This document shows, in pieces, positions 12,835 through 25,950 of a stretch of DNA of 64,000 nucleotides. The DNA is taken from positions 108,996,001 through 109,060,000 of the forward strand of contig NW_026262690.1 in NCBI RefSeq assembly GCF_021869535.1, in the 5' to 3' direction. The notes beneath the pieces are model-generated. The model did not search any database. It had not been told where the DNA came from and saw only the letters and a program-made list of their open reading frames with translations. The stretch comes from Mytilus californianus. Taxonomy: Eukaryota. A program made the position numbers and the translations under genes. Position 1 is the first letter of the stretch, and the number at the start of each line of letters is the position of its first letter.

Positions 12835-14499
12835 CTAAAGTATTGAAAATAAATGTCATTGATAATTTCTGTGTGTAATTTGACAGTATTTGTACATAAT
12901 TACGTAAGTCAACCAGAAACAGATAAAATTGGGCCTATCTAGATTTTTAGGGGGAATCTATAAAGGTTCCTATCTTATACTTCTCAAAATAAACGGAATA
13001 AAAAAGGAGGTTTGTTATCACCACAAAATTTAAATCTAGCTCCAAAAATGAATTTCATGAGGATTCCCTTGTAACGTGATGGATGTTATCTACTCTTGTT
13101 TTTGACTTTTTGTCAGATATTCGGAATCCTCTAGTTTTATCAATGTAGTGAATATACAAATTTTGCCCTCTAACCCCTACTTTCTTTTCATTATTTGATT
13201 ACATATAGTTTTAAAATTCATTTTTTAAAATCTTATAAAATCCTTGTTATTTTTTCATAGATTTTGAATAAAAAGGTGCAAATGTAAAATGCTTGAAAAC
13301 TCTAGAGAGAATCGTTCCCCGCCATATTTTCTATTAATTATGTATCGAAAACAAGCAGACACATCCATAATTATTTTCTGCTTTTTTAGTTCTTTTATTT
13401 ATATACTCAATTCAAAACAGTCTTTTCAAAAGCTTGTTATTTTGAAACATAAACTTCCTTAAGTAGCAAACATCCTTAAGAAAAAGTAGTTAGTCCATAC
13501 TTCGCATCATATGTTCAACATACTTATCTTCAGCACGACTGAGCTTCAATTTCTCTTCATACATAAAAATAATAAAACGATACGATTGTTTGTGCCTTGT
13601 ATTATTTTATAATCTACTTTGAACAATAGGACAGTTACTCGATTAGACATTGGACATTACCGTACAAGAGCAACTCGATAGTCAGTACATTTAGATTACT
13701 TTAACGCGATCAAAAACAACTCCGATCCGTGACTGAATTCAATTTATATGTCTAAGTTTAGCCGGGATTTTGGTATTTTGTATTGTCATCTTAAGAAGTT
13801 ACGCAGTGAAGAAGATGGACAGTTTTCTTTGCTTGAAATAGGATCTTGTCTACACTAGTCCTTGTTTCCTTTTTTTTTTAATCAACAACAATATTGCACA
13901 TGATATTAATAATTACTCCGGATCTGGACACAGCTATCTCAGTGGAGGTCACCGTTTCATTAGTTCTAGAAATCCAGGGAATTGTATATGTCATCTTAGA
14001 TTAGGCTTGTTGTTTATAAGCTATCATCAATTCAATGTTTCCGGTTAACGGTTGTTTTGTAATCATTTTTGGAATATATTGTGTATTAGCTATATCTAGA
14101 TTATTAATCAGGTAGGTCAGTTATAATTTAAAAGGTTGATAGTCAAACTGTAACCAACAAGAACATACATGGTGCCAGATCATATAAATATATCATTGTT
14201 CAAGTACATGAAAATTGAATAAAACTCACACAATTAAGTGATAAATTAATCAATTAATGCACAAATTAACTGTACTATCAAATGATATAATTCAAGTACA
14301 TCTAAATATATTTGTTTTTCTAATATAACTTTTCTTTCAGTGTATTGAGATTTGTTTTGTAGAATTTACCAGTTTTTAACCAGATTTCGAAAAGAAAATA
14401 TCGCTAATTAATTTTACTTAAACAAACTTTCAAACAATCTATTTATCTTGCAACTGAAATCGGATATCTTAATATAATCAAGGTACTAGTATAACAGTG

Positions 14500-15330
14500 A
14501 TAATAAATGAAACAAATGGCCAAAAAACTTCAGACTAATTCGCCAACAAGTAATTTGGGGGGAACTAGTTGTGAAACTTCAAAACATTTCATAACTGACT
14601 GAAAAGCAATATCATTTATATAAACGATATTATTGTAGAAAATGGAAATATTTTAGAAAGTTTTATGAGATAAAAGCTAAAAAATAAAAAAAATGTATTG
14701 ATGAGTTTTTCAGAATTCAAAAAGCTATACCAACAGAATTATTAATATATAAGTTGAAAACTGTTCATGAAAAACTATTGTACTAATAAATTATGTGTTG
14801 TATATTTATGACAATGATAACTGTAATCTCAATATAAATAAATTAGAAACAAGTGAAATTGATAAAACATTAATAGAACAAGATATAGCAATACAAATTG
14901 GTTTTAACAAGTGGAAGAGACCACTTAATTTAAAAAAACCCAGAGACTATAAAGCCCAAGATATACTAAAATTTGTTTTGAATCATTTGAAAGAAAATAG
15001 TTAAAAAGTTTTAAAATGGAAACTCGTACATTTATTTTTTTCAAAAAGATAGACAATTTGTTCTTACTCTTAATGTAATCACTGTAAAATTGCAGATGAT
15101 TATAAGCACCTATTTATTACATGCCACTTTCTAGATAACTTTATGGAAGAAATATATAATCCATTAGAAAAAACTAAGCTTTGAAAATAATTTAACTTGG
15201 AATCATTTAATTTGGGTTTACAAAATAAATGATGCACACTACTATAATATCAGTTATTTACTCATAGTGCTCTTGTTTTCACTACACAAAATACATAATC
15301 TGAATATCTGAAAATAGGACATAGAATATC
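14500..15330 (+). mobile_element. L1/Tx1-type LINE ORF2 3' remnant (zf-RVT region)
   Basis: Broken frames IRQQVIWG, SNIIYINDIIVENG and LKWKLVH...CNHCKIADDYKHLFITCHFLDNF match the CxxC...HLFxxC tail of L1/Tx1 ORF2. Confidence 0.7.
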
Positions 15331-15769
15331 AATGCATTTTATGTATTTAAAACAGAGTTTAACATGTTTAAACATTGTGACTTGGATTGACAGTTGCCTA
15401 ATTTGTACTAATATTACATCTTCTTAGTTCTATTAACAACAGCACGTCATACATTACACGAAAAGAGCATAATCCGAATCATGCTAACAACTGGTTATAG
15501 AATAAAAGTGTTTATTACCGATGTAAAGACCCTATGAGCAAATAAATATTAATTCAAAAATCGTCAACTTTCATGACTTGACAACAGTGTCTTAACTATA
15601 TACCTTGTGAATTAGTCTGTTTTAATTTTTTTTTGTAGCTCTTGAAGTGAATGACGACATTTGTGTTTGTATAGAATATAGCCCTTAAAGATGGAATGTG
15701 AAAAACCTGAAAATATAGGATGTCTGCAATTTTATTCCTTGTAACATTAATAACATTTTGTAAAATAAC

Positions 15770-16170
15770 AGGAACGGGATCAATTTTAATGCACAACATG
15801 CGCATTTCGGCAATTCTTATCTCTTCATTGATGCTCGAGACCAAAATATTTGAATAGCCAAAATCTATTACAAAAGTTGAGTGCGGATCATGAGGGAGAT
15901 ATATTCCGTAATTTAAAATTATTCCAACAATTTTATGACGGCAGATTTTTATCAAACAATATCCGTATTTTTATGCCAGAACCGAAGTACTGAATATTGG
16001 GCTGGTGATACCCTCAGGAACTAACAGTCCACCAGCAGATGTATCTACCCAAAGGTAGTAGTTACATAAATGGGACCAATTTTAATGCGTCAGATTCGCA
16101 TTTCGAAAATTAATGACTCATCAGTGTAGCTCGAAGCCAAACTATTTGAATATTCAAAAAATTACGATAT
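15770..16170 (-). mobile_element. Two tandem decayed Penelope-like terminal repeats with hammerhead remnants
   Basis: Related segments near 15780-15870 and 16075-16160; minus strand reads ATGAAGA...GAAATGCGCATG and CTGATGAGTC...TTCGAAATGCGAATC. Confidence 0.5.
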
Positions 16171-16539
16171 CGAAAACCCTGGTATAATATTTTTTCAGTA
16201 ATACAGAGATTTCTTTCTCTAAAACCAAAAACGTTGTTACTCGTACTGTGAGAAACAAATTTATTTATTTTGTAAAAAATGTTTCCGTACTCCTAACAAC
16301 AAAATTATTATATTTAAATTTACCTGTGTACATAATTTTATTTAACGCTATTTTGTCCCGGGTTAGAGTTGTCTTTTGACATGGTTTCCTAGATCTTTTT
16401 TTTATATTACTATTTCATTTTTAATGTGTCATAGATCAAATTTATTCGTTCAGTGTAGGTTTACTTGTTTTTGTTTATATGTCTTTTTGATCGGATTAAG
16501 CCATTTTGATTGATATTTTCTAGTGTGTCTTTTTATGTT

Positions 16540-16875
16540 GTAATGTTACACTTTTGTTCCAGGTTAGGATGAAGGTTGGCGCCTGTTAAAACGTTTAAAC
16601 CAGCTGCATTTGTATGCACCTGTCCTAAGTCAGGAGTCTGTCGTTCAGTGGTTGTTGTTTGTTGGTGTGGTTCATAAGTGTTTATCGTTTCTCGCTTTTT
16701 GTATAGATAATACAGTTGGTTTTCCTGTTTGAATTTTTTTACACTAGTCTTTTTGGGGCTCTTTATAGCTTGCTGTTCGGTGTGAGATAAAACTCCGTGT
16801 TGAAGATCGTACTTTGACCTATAATATTTTACTTTTTATACATTGTCTCATTGGCACGCATACCAAATCTTCTTA
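16540..16875. repeat. Dispersed repeat family 3 variant, inverted
   Basis: Collinear with 62750-63110 (TGTCCTAAGTCAGGAG...TTGTCTCATTGGCAC). Confidence 0.75.
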
Positions 16876-16919
16876 TTTATTTTTACATACACGAGCAAAT
16901 CGAGCAAGTTGAGATATAT

Positions 16920-17415
16920 AAATAAAGGCAACAGTAGTATACCGCTGTTCGAAATTCATAAATCGATTGAGAAAAAAACAAATCCGGGTTACAAACTAAA
17001 ACTGAGGGAACACATCAAATATAAGAGGAGAACTACGACACAACAAAAACACAACATTAAAATGTAACACACACAGAAACGAACTATAATATAACAATAG
17101 CCATTTTCCTGACTTGGTACAGGACATTTTAAGAAAAAAAAATGGTGGGTTGAACCTGGTTTTGTGGCTAGCCAAACCTCCCGCTTTTATAGCAATGTTA
17201 AATATAACATTAAAATGACAACATTACATGACAGGACTACAATACAAATAAATGGGAGAACATATTGGACAGAGAAACATACGAATAATAGCTAACAAAA
17301 GGTACCAGGTTTAAAATTTAATACGCAAGACACGCGTTTCGTCCACACAAGACTAACCAGTGACGCTCAGATAAAAAAAGTACGAAAGCCAAAACAAGTA
17401 CAAAGTTGAAGAACA
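16920..17415. repeat. Dispersed repeat family 1, same composite as 8399-9240
   Basis: Long near-identity with the 8.4-kb copy, including the same junction to the CCACACAAGACTAACCAGTGACGCTCAG segment. Confidence 0.85.
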
Positions 17416-17467
17416 TACGCTTGTGCCAAATTGATAAGTAACAATAGAAAATTGACAATCATCTCTT

Positions 17468-17641
17468 TAATCACCCCCAGTTTTTGGTGGGGTTCGTGTT
17501 GCTGAGTCTTTAGTTTTCTATGTTGTGTCTTGTGTACTGTTATTTGTCTGTTTGTCTGTTTTCTTTTCTAGCCATGGCGTTGTCAGTTTATTTTCGATCT
17601 ATGAATTTGACTGTTCCTTTGGTATCTTTCGCCCCTCTTTT
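17468..17641 (+). repeat. Solo copy of the Penelope-like tail (ATCACCCCCAGTTTTTGGTGGGGTTCGTGTTGCT...)
   Basis: Matches 54420-54597; further copies at about 24572-24740, 51715-51930 and 12310-12460, and inverted at about 47396-47605 and 59845-60020. Confidence 0.8.
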
Positions 17642-18199
17642 ATCGTATATTTTATTAATAATAAGATTTCCGTTAGAGATAAAGATATCAAGTCGAAGAT
17701 AGAATTTACTGACCCCGTATATATCGTATAAGGTCACTTTCACACTATGTAGCAAATAATATCAGCGAATTAGTGTACGGGAAGACAATAATTCAATACC
17801 AGCACATTTATGACTATTGTGTTACTATAAAGGATTTTCTTTTACCAGAAAGTTCGCGTACATTTCCTAGCCATTCAAGTATATAAAACATATTTCACTT
17901 TGTTTCTAAATTTGAAGTTTCATGACTTTAACGAACCCAAAATGACACAAAAAACAGGTCCCTTACGAATAGTAAGGGATACATCAGAAAATGACCCTAC
18001 TCCTTTACACGTGGGATATCTAATTCGAAATTTGCCTTCACCTTTATCTCCATGTAAACAGATGGCATATTTTCCAAAAACCTGTACTCTAAGCATACTG
18101 ACATCCACCAATACCTGTCTCCAATGCTGTTATCTCGACAATTCTGCTAATATAGCCGCTATGAAAGACCCCGATATGTGAAACGATTAACAAAAACAC

Positions 18200-19075
18200 G
18201 ACCTGATTTATGACAAACAATCGACCAAAATATATATGACGTAGAACAACCAACGATGTTTTGACAAGGTAACTTCATCATTCAGCGGAGTGAAAGATGT
18301 TAGTGAGCGCTCAACCCGTCTGCTTACCTTGCATAGTGATGTAACAGCATCGTGTACGAAAAAACTGTGAACATAAATTTTGAGATTTCGAGAGTATTGC
18401 ATGGTAATACATTGTCCTTTACCGGTAAAAAATTCATTGTACTGGGAAACATTACAACAAAGTGCTGATAGCTGATTATTTTCGTACATTTTCTTAAGTA
18501 CAAGGACAAAAAATCTGTTAAAAAAGCATCTGAGCGAAACAAAATTCAAACTTGGTCTACAACTTGTCATGGTGAAACTAGTACTATATAAAAAATACCC
18601 AATCAATATATTCAAGCATGAAGAAAAAAAAAGTGTGGAAATCTGATTATTTGCGTGAATTTTCTAAGTCAGAGGACGATAACTCTGCAAAATAATGAAT
18701 AACCATCTGAACCCAACTAGATTCGAACTTGATCTATAACTTGTCATGGTAAGACTATTTATCAAAAATCAAATCAATATCTTCAACCATGAAAAAAAAG
18801 TGTGAAAAACTGATTTCTAGCGTGAATTTACTTAGTGAAAGAACCATTACCCTGCACAAAATCATCAGACCGGAACAAAATTCAAACCTGATCTGTTACT
18901 GGTCATGATAAAACCATATACCAAATAATAAATTGATACCTTAAAGCATGAAGAAAAAATTGTGAAAAGCTGATTTGCCAGACTGACATATAGACAGACA
19001 GAAGGACAGACGAACGGATTGTAAAACATAAAGTCCCCTTTGGCTTTATCGGAAGTTTACTAATAAAGATAAAAA
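18200..19075 (+). mobile_element. Helentron-associated (HINE/pearl-like) element with internal ~165-bp tandem units
   Basis: Units anchored by AAATTCAAACTTG...TTGTCATGGT at about 18542, 18719 and 18879; followed by a CAGA/GGAC microsatellite and AAAGTCCCC terminal motif. Confidence 0.55.
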
Positions 19076-19851
19076 AGAACCGACTTAGGAGTACTTGCAA
19101 TTACTGAATGCTAGTTTAAAACCAATAACAACTAAATCATGTTCTTTTCGACTAAATAATAAAAACTGATACCGTGCATGGACGTCATAAAGATGTCACA
19201 CAAATTAGGAGAAAAGCATAGGGTTTGATGTAATGCCAACAAATAAATGTATAATTTCGATAGGATGAAGGACGATACGTTTAAATAACTGTATGATATA
19301 ACATATTTATGTTAGTTTTAATATATCAAAATCAAAATTAAAGTTTGAATTCTACCTATTAACATGTTCTTATTAACAATCACAGGATAATAAATAAATT
19401 TCTAGACAATGAAAAACATAAACAAAAACTAATCATCCAATGGAAATATCATAACATGAATTTCTAAAGATACATGATGCTGTCGAATCGATAAAAACAG
19501 AATGCACTGCTGTTCATAAGACGTTTTACATATACGACAATCAACGGAGGAGGTATGATAAGACCCATTTGTTTGCCTCTGATATAATCTTGACACTTAA
19601 GCGCAAAAGGTCGCTTGTAATCATGTCGCAATAACCACGTCTTAGTTTAGATATGTTCAAAATTGATATAAGCCAAGACCTTACAAATTTTTAATTACAT
19701 ACATCTGCGTCGTAAAGCAAAGTACATCTAGTAAATATGACAATAATATAAATGCCAACATTACAAAGAATGCTCAATTTTAGCGATTGGTATTGAATTA
19801 CGTAAATGAATATATGAACAATAATATTTCTGGAATCTGATGCGACTGTCA

Positions 19852-20052
19852 TACAAGTGAGAGGTTTAGCGCTATAAAACCAGGTTCAATCCACCATTTT
19901 CTACATTTGAATATGCCTGTACCAAGTCAGGAATATGACAGTTGTTGTCCATTCGTTTGATGTGTTTTATCATTTGATGTTGCCATTTGATTAGGGACTT
20001 TCCGTTTTGAATTTTCCTCGGAGTTCAGTATTTTTGTGATTTTACTTTTTTT
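19852..20052. repeat. Dispersed repeat family 2 (TGCGACTGTCATACAAGTGAGAGG...)
   Basis: Homologous copies at about 53150-53350 (same orientation) and 5838-5966 (inverted fragment). Confidence 0.85.
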
Positions 20053-20106
20053 TCTAAGACATCAACTTCCATAGTTTTAAATTGAAAATAAATTATCAAC
20101 ACTTAC

Positions 20107-20252
20107 AGGTACAATTTTCAAAATCGCTTGCTTGAAGACTTGACATTTGAACATTATTGCGATCCAAACAGTTTACTAATTCTTCTTTCAGTGATCTAGA
20201 TTTTAGCCAGGACCAAAATGGAAAGTTACAATCGTAGATCACATGAAGATAC
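20107..20252 (-). CDS. LRR C-terminal cap exon B: YLHVIYDCNFPFWSWLKSRSLKEELVNCLDRNNVQMSSLQASDFENCT
   Basis: Acceptor cttcaaacAG, donor GTAAGT; 146 nt, phase 2 to 1; open; 25 of 48 residues identical to exon 52082-52233 (hand count); first cap Cys replaced by Tyr. Confidence 0.85.
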
Positions 20253-21649
20253 CTGTTTGAAGATGAATGATAGAAATTAGATGAATTAATAGTTTATTTC
20301 AATACTGCTGTTGCTAACATTATCATGACATTTTTAAAAACAATGGAATCAAAATATTAGAGATTAAAAATTCCACAAAAATTATCATATCAACATTATC
20401 AGATGCTCTGAAAAGTTACTTGATATTGCTGATTTGGGTGAGACTAATACTGTTTAGTGATAGCAAGATATGTATTTAATCAGTTAATTAGTTAATGCCT
20501 TTGTGAAAACATGATTGACCAGGAAACACAATGTGTGGAAACATGAGATGGAATGCTGACAGTCGTTAAAGAAAATCGGCTTATATGTTTTAACCTAATA
20601 AAGCGTAATATCTGGGCAAAAACATATTGAATTTCACTAAAATGTGTCTATAAAAATGCGGAGACAGTGTATGGATTGCATGCGTTGCTTGTAGTTTCAT
20701 TCAAAGAACAATTTGATGAGTTTTAGAACACCTAAAATCAGTGAAATATGAAGTTCATTTTTATATCAAGTCGCTTAAGTAAGATGAGGGAGTTCCATTT
20801 CAAATAATATCTGCATATGGATATGTTGAAGGACATATTTTCTTTTCATTTCATGTTCTTGATGTATTTGACTGGAGTATCAACTAAGGATTCAATTATT
20901 CTGCACTAAAATGTCATTGTTTTTGCTTATATAAATATAAAAATCAAATAATAGTAAAGGCCATTACATTTCAAGAGATATTTTATTTCAATTGACAATT
21001 TCGAATATTCAACTTCGTAAATTTTGTTGAAATTAAATGCCTAAAATGTTGTGGAAATACATGTACCGTTAAATAAATTTGGATTTAGTATATTACAGGT
21101 TTTGATACCGGTTTATATACTATAAATATATATATATACATCATTCAATGGGTAAGCAACACAGCGACGGGGAAATAAATTGAAAGAACTCTAGATGTAA
21201 TCATTGAGTCTTCAACGACAGATACGTGTAATACTATATGAATGTTTATGATCATTCGAAGGACCAGACAATATCTACTCATCATCCAACCTCCGGTTAA
21301 AAATGCAGAGGGAGACAAGGATGAAAATCAGCAAAATGGTATACTTACATATATTTGGTATAAGAATCAGCTAACCTTTTTTTTTACCGAAGAAGAACAC
21401 TTACTTTATAAAATGTGACAGGAGTATCTAAGTACAAATAACATTTTGCACTAGTAAACAAATGTTAGTCTGAAAAGGTAATTTTGATCCGAACTGCTCT
21501 TAAATGACTGAACAATAAATGAGTACATCAATAATTTTCAGGCCATTGCAGTAAATTCAGTACTGTTCAGACTATGTACTTGCAGTCAATTAAGATCTGT
21601 TCAGTCTATGTTCAGATTGTTCAGTAGTTGATATTTAACTGTACAGATC

Positions 21650-21784
21650 AACAATATACTGAATGTCTATAAAGCTATTTAACAGTACTGAATGTCTGTA
21701 AAGCTACTTAACAGTACTGAAGTGTCTGTAAAGCTACTGCACAGTACTGAATTTTCTGTAAAGCTACTGCACAGTACTGAATTT
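21650..21784. repeat. 29-30-bp minisatellite, about 4.5 copies
   Basis: ACAGTACTGAATGTCTGTAAAGCTACT unit. Confidence 0.9.
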
Positions 21785-23684
21785 ATCGGAGTGAATTAAT
21801 CTTAAAAATTATGTTGTTATTTGCATACTATTGTCTTTACTAGCACTGTTCATTGATTTCCAATAAACATTGTAAAGAAAATCGATATCGACATCAAATT
21901 CAAATTATGATACAAATACATGTATATATGAACTGCATTTTCCCCAGTAATAACAGACAAGTCCGTCTTATATGTTTTTCATCATTTCTGAAAGTAAGTT
22001 TGAAGTATTCAATATAGTGACATAGAGACCGCGCTTTATCGGCTATGTTATTCCCATGTGAATGCATACATCAACGGCAAAAACAGTGAAGGAAGAATAT
22101 TTGTGTTTAAAACCCAGTAATTGTGTACAAAATTCAATACATAAACATATATAAAACCCTTCTGTTTCATTTTAAATTGTGAATTGAGGTTTGCAATAAA
22201 ATGGCATTCCTCGACATACCACCATTTTCTCACGTATTTCGACCGATAGCACTGACGCATGACTGAGGGGAACATACATGTATACTGCCTGAATAGTTTG
22301 CTCTCAGAATGTCATTCTGCTACTTTAAATCTTTACATATTTTGTTATTTAATGTTAAATGATGTTATTGATTAAAACCTTGTAAGGGAATTGCTAATGC
22401 AGTTAATTGTAATCAAAGGCATCGATCATTACTTGGTAATATTTAATACTTCATCAATACACACATAATGTATTTAGTTCTTATTTAGGGGGTAGACCTG
22501 GGGTATGATAGACAAACTCTTACACATGTATTGAAAGTCATTTGTGCGTTTTAAAACAGCAGTCATTGAAACAGTGATGAAGCATTTAAGTTTCTTACAT
22601 TTGGCTGTCAGAATGATGCAGGCAAATCCAGGAAAAAAGTTGAACATCACCAAGCATTAAATTAACATTTACTACATTTTTTAAGCTCATGAAGCAAGAG
22701 CTGAAAAGGTAGAAAATTACCATTCATACATGAAATGCTTTAAAAAACACCAATGTACCGAGGAGTTCTCATATGGCAAAATTTGAGGTAATTTGCTTAT
22801 TTGCATAGCGGCTATATTGCTTTATCATGACGACAGCCATTACAATATGATTATACATGCTCCTAAAATAAAAATGCAAATATGCCAATTCCTAAGTCGA
22901 ATCAGCAATTTGTCCGCATATAAAGAATTGTACATGTTTTTTCTATCTGTTCGTGTACAATTAAACATTGTCTTCTTTGAATACTTTCCGCCTTTTCAGT
23001 TTAAAAAATGGAAGCATAACCGTAGTATATTTCCTATATAAAATAACGAAAAATCGTAAAAAAGCAAGATTCAAAATAGAAATAAGATTACAATAAGATA
23101 TTGTTCATGATTTGTCCGCATATAGGGAAACACCTTGCATGTTGAATTTTCAGGTTAAATAACTTTTATCTTACCTGCTTTTTGAGAGAAACGAATACAA
23201 GAATTAACAAACAAAAAAAAAATATAATGAAATAAAGATAAGCATTTGTGCTTTTCATATTTCGAGACACATGTAAGTAATGATGGCATGTTTGAAATCG
23301 TATATATATATATATATATTTATCATATGATTATAGAAAATCATGCTATAATTGTACCCCTTGATAAAACTAATTTGTACATAAATTTATACATTAAATT
23401 CAAAAAATTGTCTTAGCCGTGCGATATGACTTTTGTTATCAACTGCTTCCGGTATATATCAACTGCTTTCGGTTTATTTCAACTGCTTCCGATTATTATC
23501 GCATGCCTGTCTTTAAATTTATCGCAAAGCATTTTGACGTCATTTTGCAAATTCCGGAAAATAAACCTCAGTGGTACATTTTAGTGAAAAACATAACTTA
23601 GAAGAATAAAATAAAAAAACAAATATTAGAAAATAGGAAAATATATTATTAAAAAATGCAAAACAAATAATACAATAGATAAAT

Positions 23685-23772
23685 TTTATAAATCAGACCC
23701 CTTATCAGCCCATGGTCAAAATCATCCCTCGAGCCTGTCGGCCCTTGGGCTGATAAGAAGTCTGATATAAAA
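23685..23772. repeat. Short fold-back inverted repeat
   Basis: TCAGAC...CTTATCAGCCCA versus TGGGCTGATAAG...GTCTGA. Confidence 0.7.
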
Positions 23773-23837
23773 AATGCCATGTTACAATCTATAACGCAAA
23801 TTTACAGATCTAACATTGTTGGACTGTTATTTAGACG

Positions 23838-23868
<31 letters not shown>

Positions 23869-23872
<4 letters not shown>

Positions 23873-24485
23873 CATGCACACGTATAAAAATTGCGGTTTT
23901 TATCCAACGCAATCATAGGTTTGAACGTTGTTTTCAATTTAGACTTGTTTATATTTTTTCGTTTGGGCTTGTATTATATTTGCCTTCGGGTTTATATGAT
24001 CCGTTCATCCTATTTCGACTCTTCAAAATTCAAGAGTCAATCCCAAATTGAGGTAAATTATATGGCCTTTTAAATACCGTTTCGATTCCTAACATCACTG
24101 AAGAGACATTACTTGTCGAAATCCGGATATGGTGTACAAATTTTTGCACCTCATGTTTGCGGTATACCATCTTTTCCGCAAGTTTATTGTTTTCTGTTTG
24201 GTATTAAATTAATATAATTAAGATCCATTGTGTTACATCTGTGATTCGTTTATTTGGCAATCGCCATGGCAGTCAGCAGGGTTTAAGAACATCCGTTGTT
24301 CGACCTGCTAGTCAAATGCGTTTTGTTTAAATATACTTTTTCACTTTTTTGGTCTTTTGGAAAATGTTGTTTGTGCTGTATTTAGACCCCTCTACAAAGA
24401 AATTTGTTTTACATGCACACGTATAAAAATTGCGGTTTTTATCCAACGCAATCATAGGTTTGAACGTTGTTTTCAATTTAGACTT

Positions 24486-24493
<8 letters not shown>
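23869..24493 (+). mobile_element. Penelope-like retroelement terminal fragment with ~86-bp direct terminal repeat, embedded in (TA)n
   Basis: TTTACATGCACACGTATAAAAATTGCGG...AGACTTGTTTATAT occurs at 23869-23954 and 24408-24493; hammerhead inside; (TA)n on both flanks. Confidence 0.6.
24092..24135 (+). ncRNA. Minimal type I hammerhead ribozyme (Penelope-like-element type)
   Basis: ACATCA-CTGAAGA-GAC-ATTACTT-GTC-GAAA-T-CCGG-A-TA-TGGTGT. All core nucleotides present; helix I ACATCA/TGGTGT, helix II GAC/GTC, short helix III with palindromic CCGG loop; cleavage triplet ATA. Confidence 0.75.
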
Positions 24494-24528
<35 letters not shown>

Positions 24529-25589
24529 GTCGATGTGGTAAAAACAAACATTCACATTTTAGATCTTGTTAATCACCACCAGTCTTTGGTGGGGATCCTG
24601 TTTTCTATGTTGTGTTTTGTGTATTTTTGTATGTATGTATGTATGTTTGTTTATCTTTTTCTTTTTTAGCCATGGTGTTGTCTGTTTATTTTCGACTTAT
24701 GAGTTTGAATGTCCCTTTAGTATCTTTCTACTCTCTCTTATTGAACTCAAATATATTTAGTACACAATAATATTTAAGTTTAATCATTAATGATAGTACT
24801 GTTACATACTCTGCTTCTAAATAATTTCTAGTTCGTACGTTCGTACGGTCTTTCTGTGCGAATGTTTGTTTGCTAGTATTTTGTTTTGCATAAAGTATGG
24901 GTAAAATTTATACATACACAATATTTAGCCATGGGAGATCTTGAAACGACCCTTGTCGTATTGTGGTTACACGATGACATTGCAAATATGTAGAAAAGAA
25001 AATGGTAATCTTTTTAATTTATGTTGTGCAAATGTGGTTGGTATTCAATTAATTTCTACTATTTGACATATTTTTCCTACCACTAAACCGATACGGCTCC
25101 TTTCCCGTGGACATCACTGTTTGTAGAAATACTTGGGATGTTGGTTAATTAAATCAAATCAATGTGTCTATAAATAGTTTGAAGTTCAAAAATATAAATA
25201 TTTTCGAAAATAATGACTGTTAAACCAAATGTATATGTTTGTTTTATGGAGACTTTGCTATTCTGTAAAGACCAATTTAATTTTGAAAACCTTATTGCCT
25301 TTTGATTTTCAAATATTTGTTCGAGAGCATACATTGTTAAATCTTTTATAAAATATGTTTAACACCAAACCCTATCTTAATTAATATTTTAGAAAATGAT
25401 ACTTTTTTATTTTTTTTCCAACCCGGTGCATATATCGATCTATTGCCAAATACTCTGTTCAGAAAGTATAAAACAAAATGTTTTGAAACTTTATTTGGAA
25501 TACTATTGGATGATTCTCTTTAAAAGTCGTTAATGTGAAACTTATTGCAGATCAGCAGGAAGATATGCTGATCGGATTCGGACTTCTAT

Positions 25590-25950
25590 TAAACTCAGTT
25601 TTGCTGTGCGTATTGTTGTGTTATTGTTTTTTCTACATTAGCTAGAGGTATAGGGGGAGGGTTGAGATCTCAAAAAACATGTTTAACCCCGCTGCATGTT
25701 TGCCCCTGTCCCAAGTCAGGAGCCTCTGGCCTTTGTCAGTCTTGTATGATTTTTAATTTTAGTTTCTTGTGCATAATTCGGAGTTTAGTATGACGTCCAT
25801 TATAACTGAACTAGTATACATATTTGTTTAGGGGCCAGCTGAAGGACGCCTCCGGGTGTGGGAGTTTCTCGCTGCATTGAAGACCCATTGGTGGCCTTCG
25901 GCTGTTGTCTGCTCTCTTTGACACATTCCCAATTTCCATTCTCAATTTTA
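25590..25950. repeat. Dispersed repeat family 4 (...TGTCCCAAGTCAGGAGCCTCTGG...GAAGACCCATTGGTGGCC...)
   Basis: Inverted fragment at about 28062-28265 and decayed fragment at about 44035-44180. Confidence 0.8.

Noticed and set aside
22599-22700. 102-nt phase-2/2 open candidate exon upstream of LRR-CT-B (SCFMSLKNVVNVNLMLGDVQLFSWICLHHSDSQ)
   Set aside because: Good splice sites but no LRR consensus or other domain; unsupported without RNA data.
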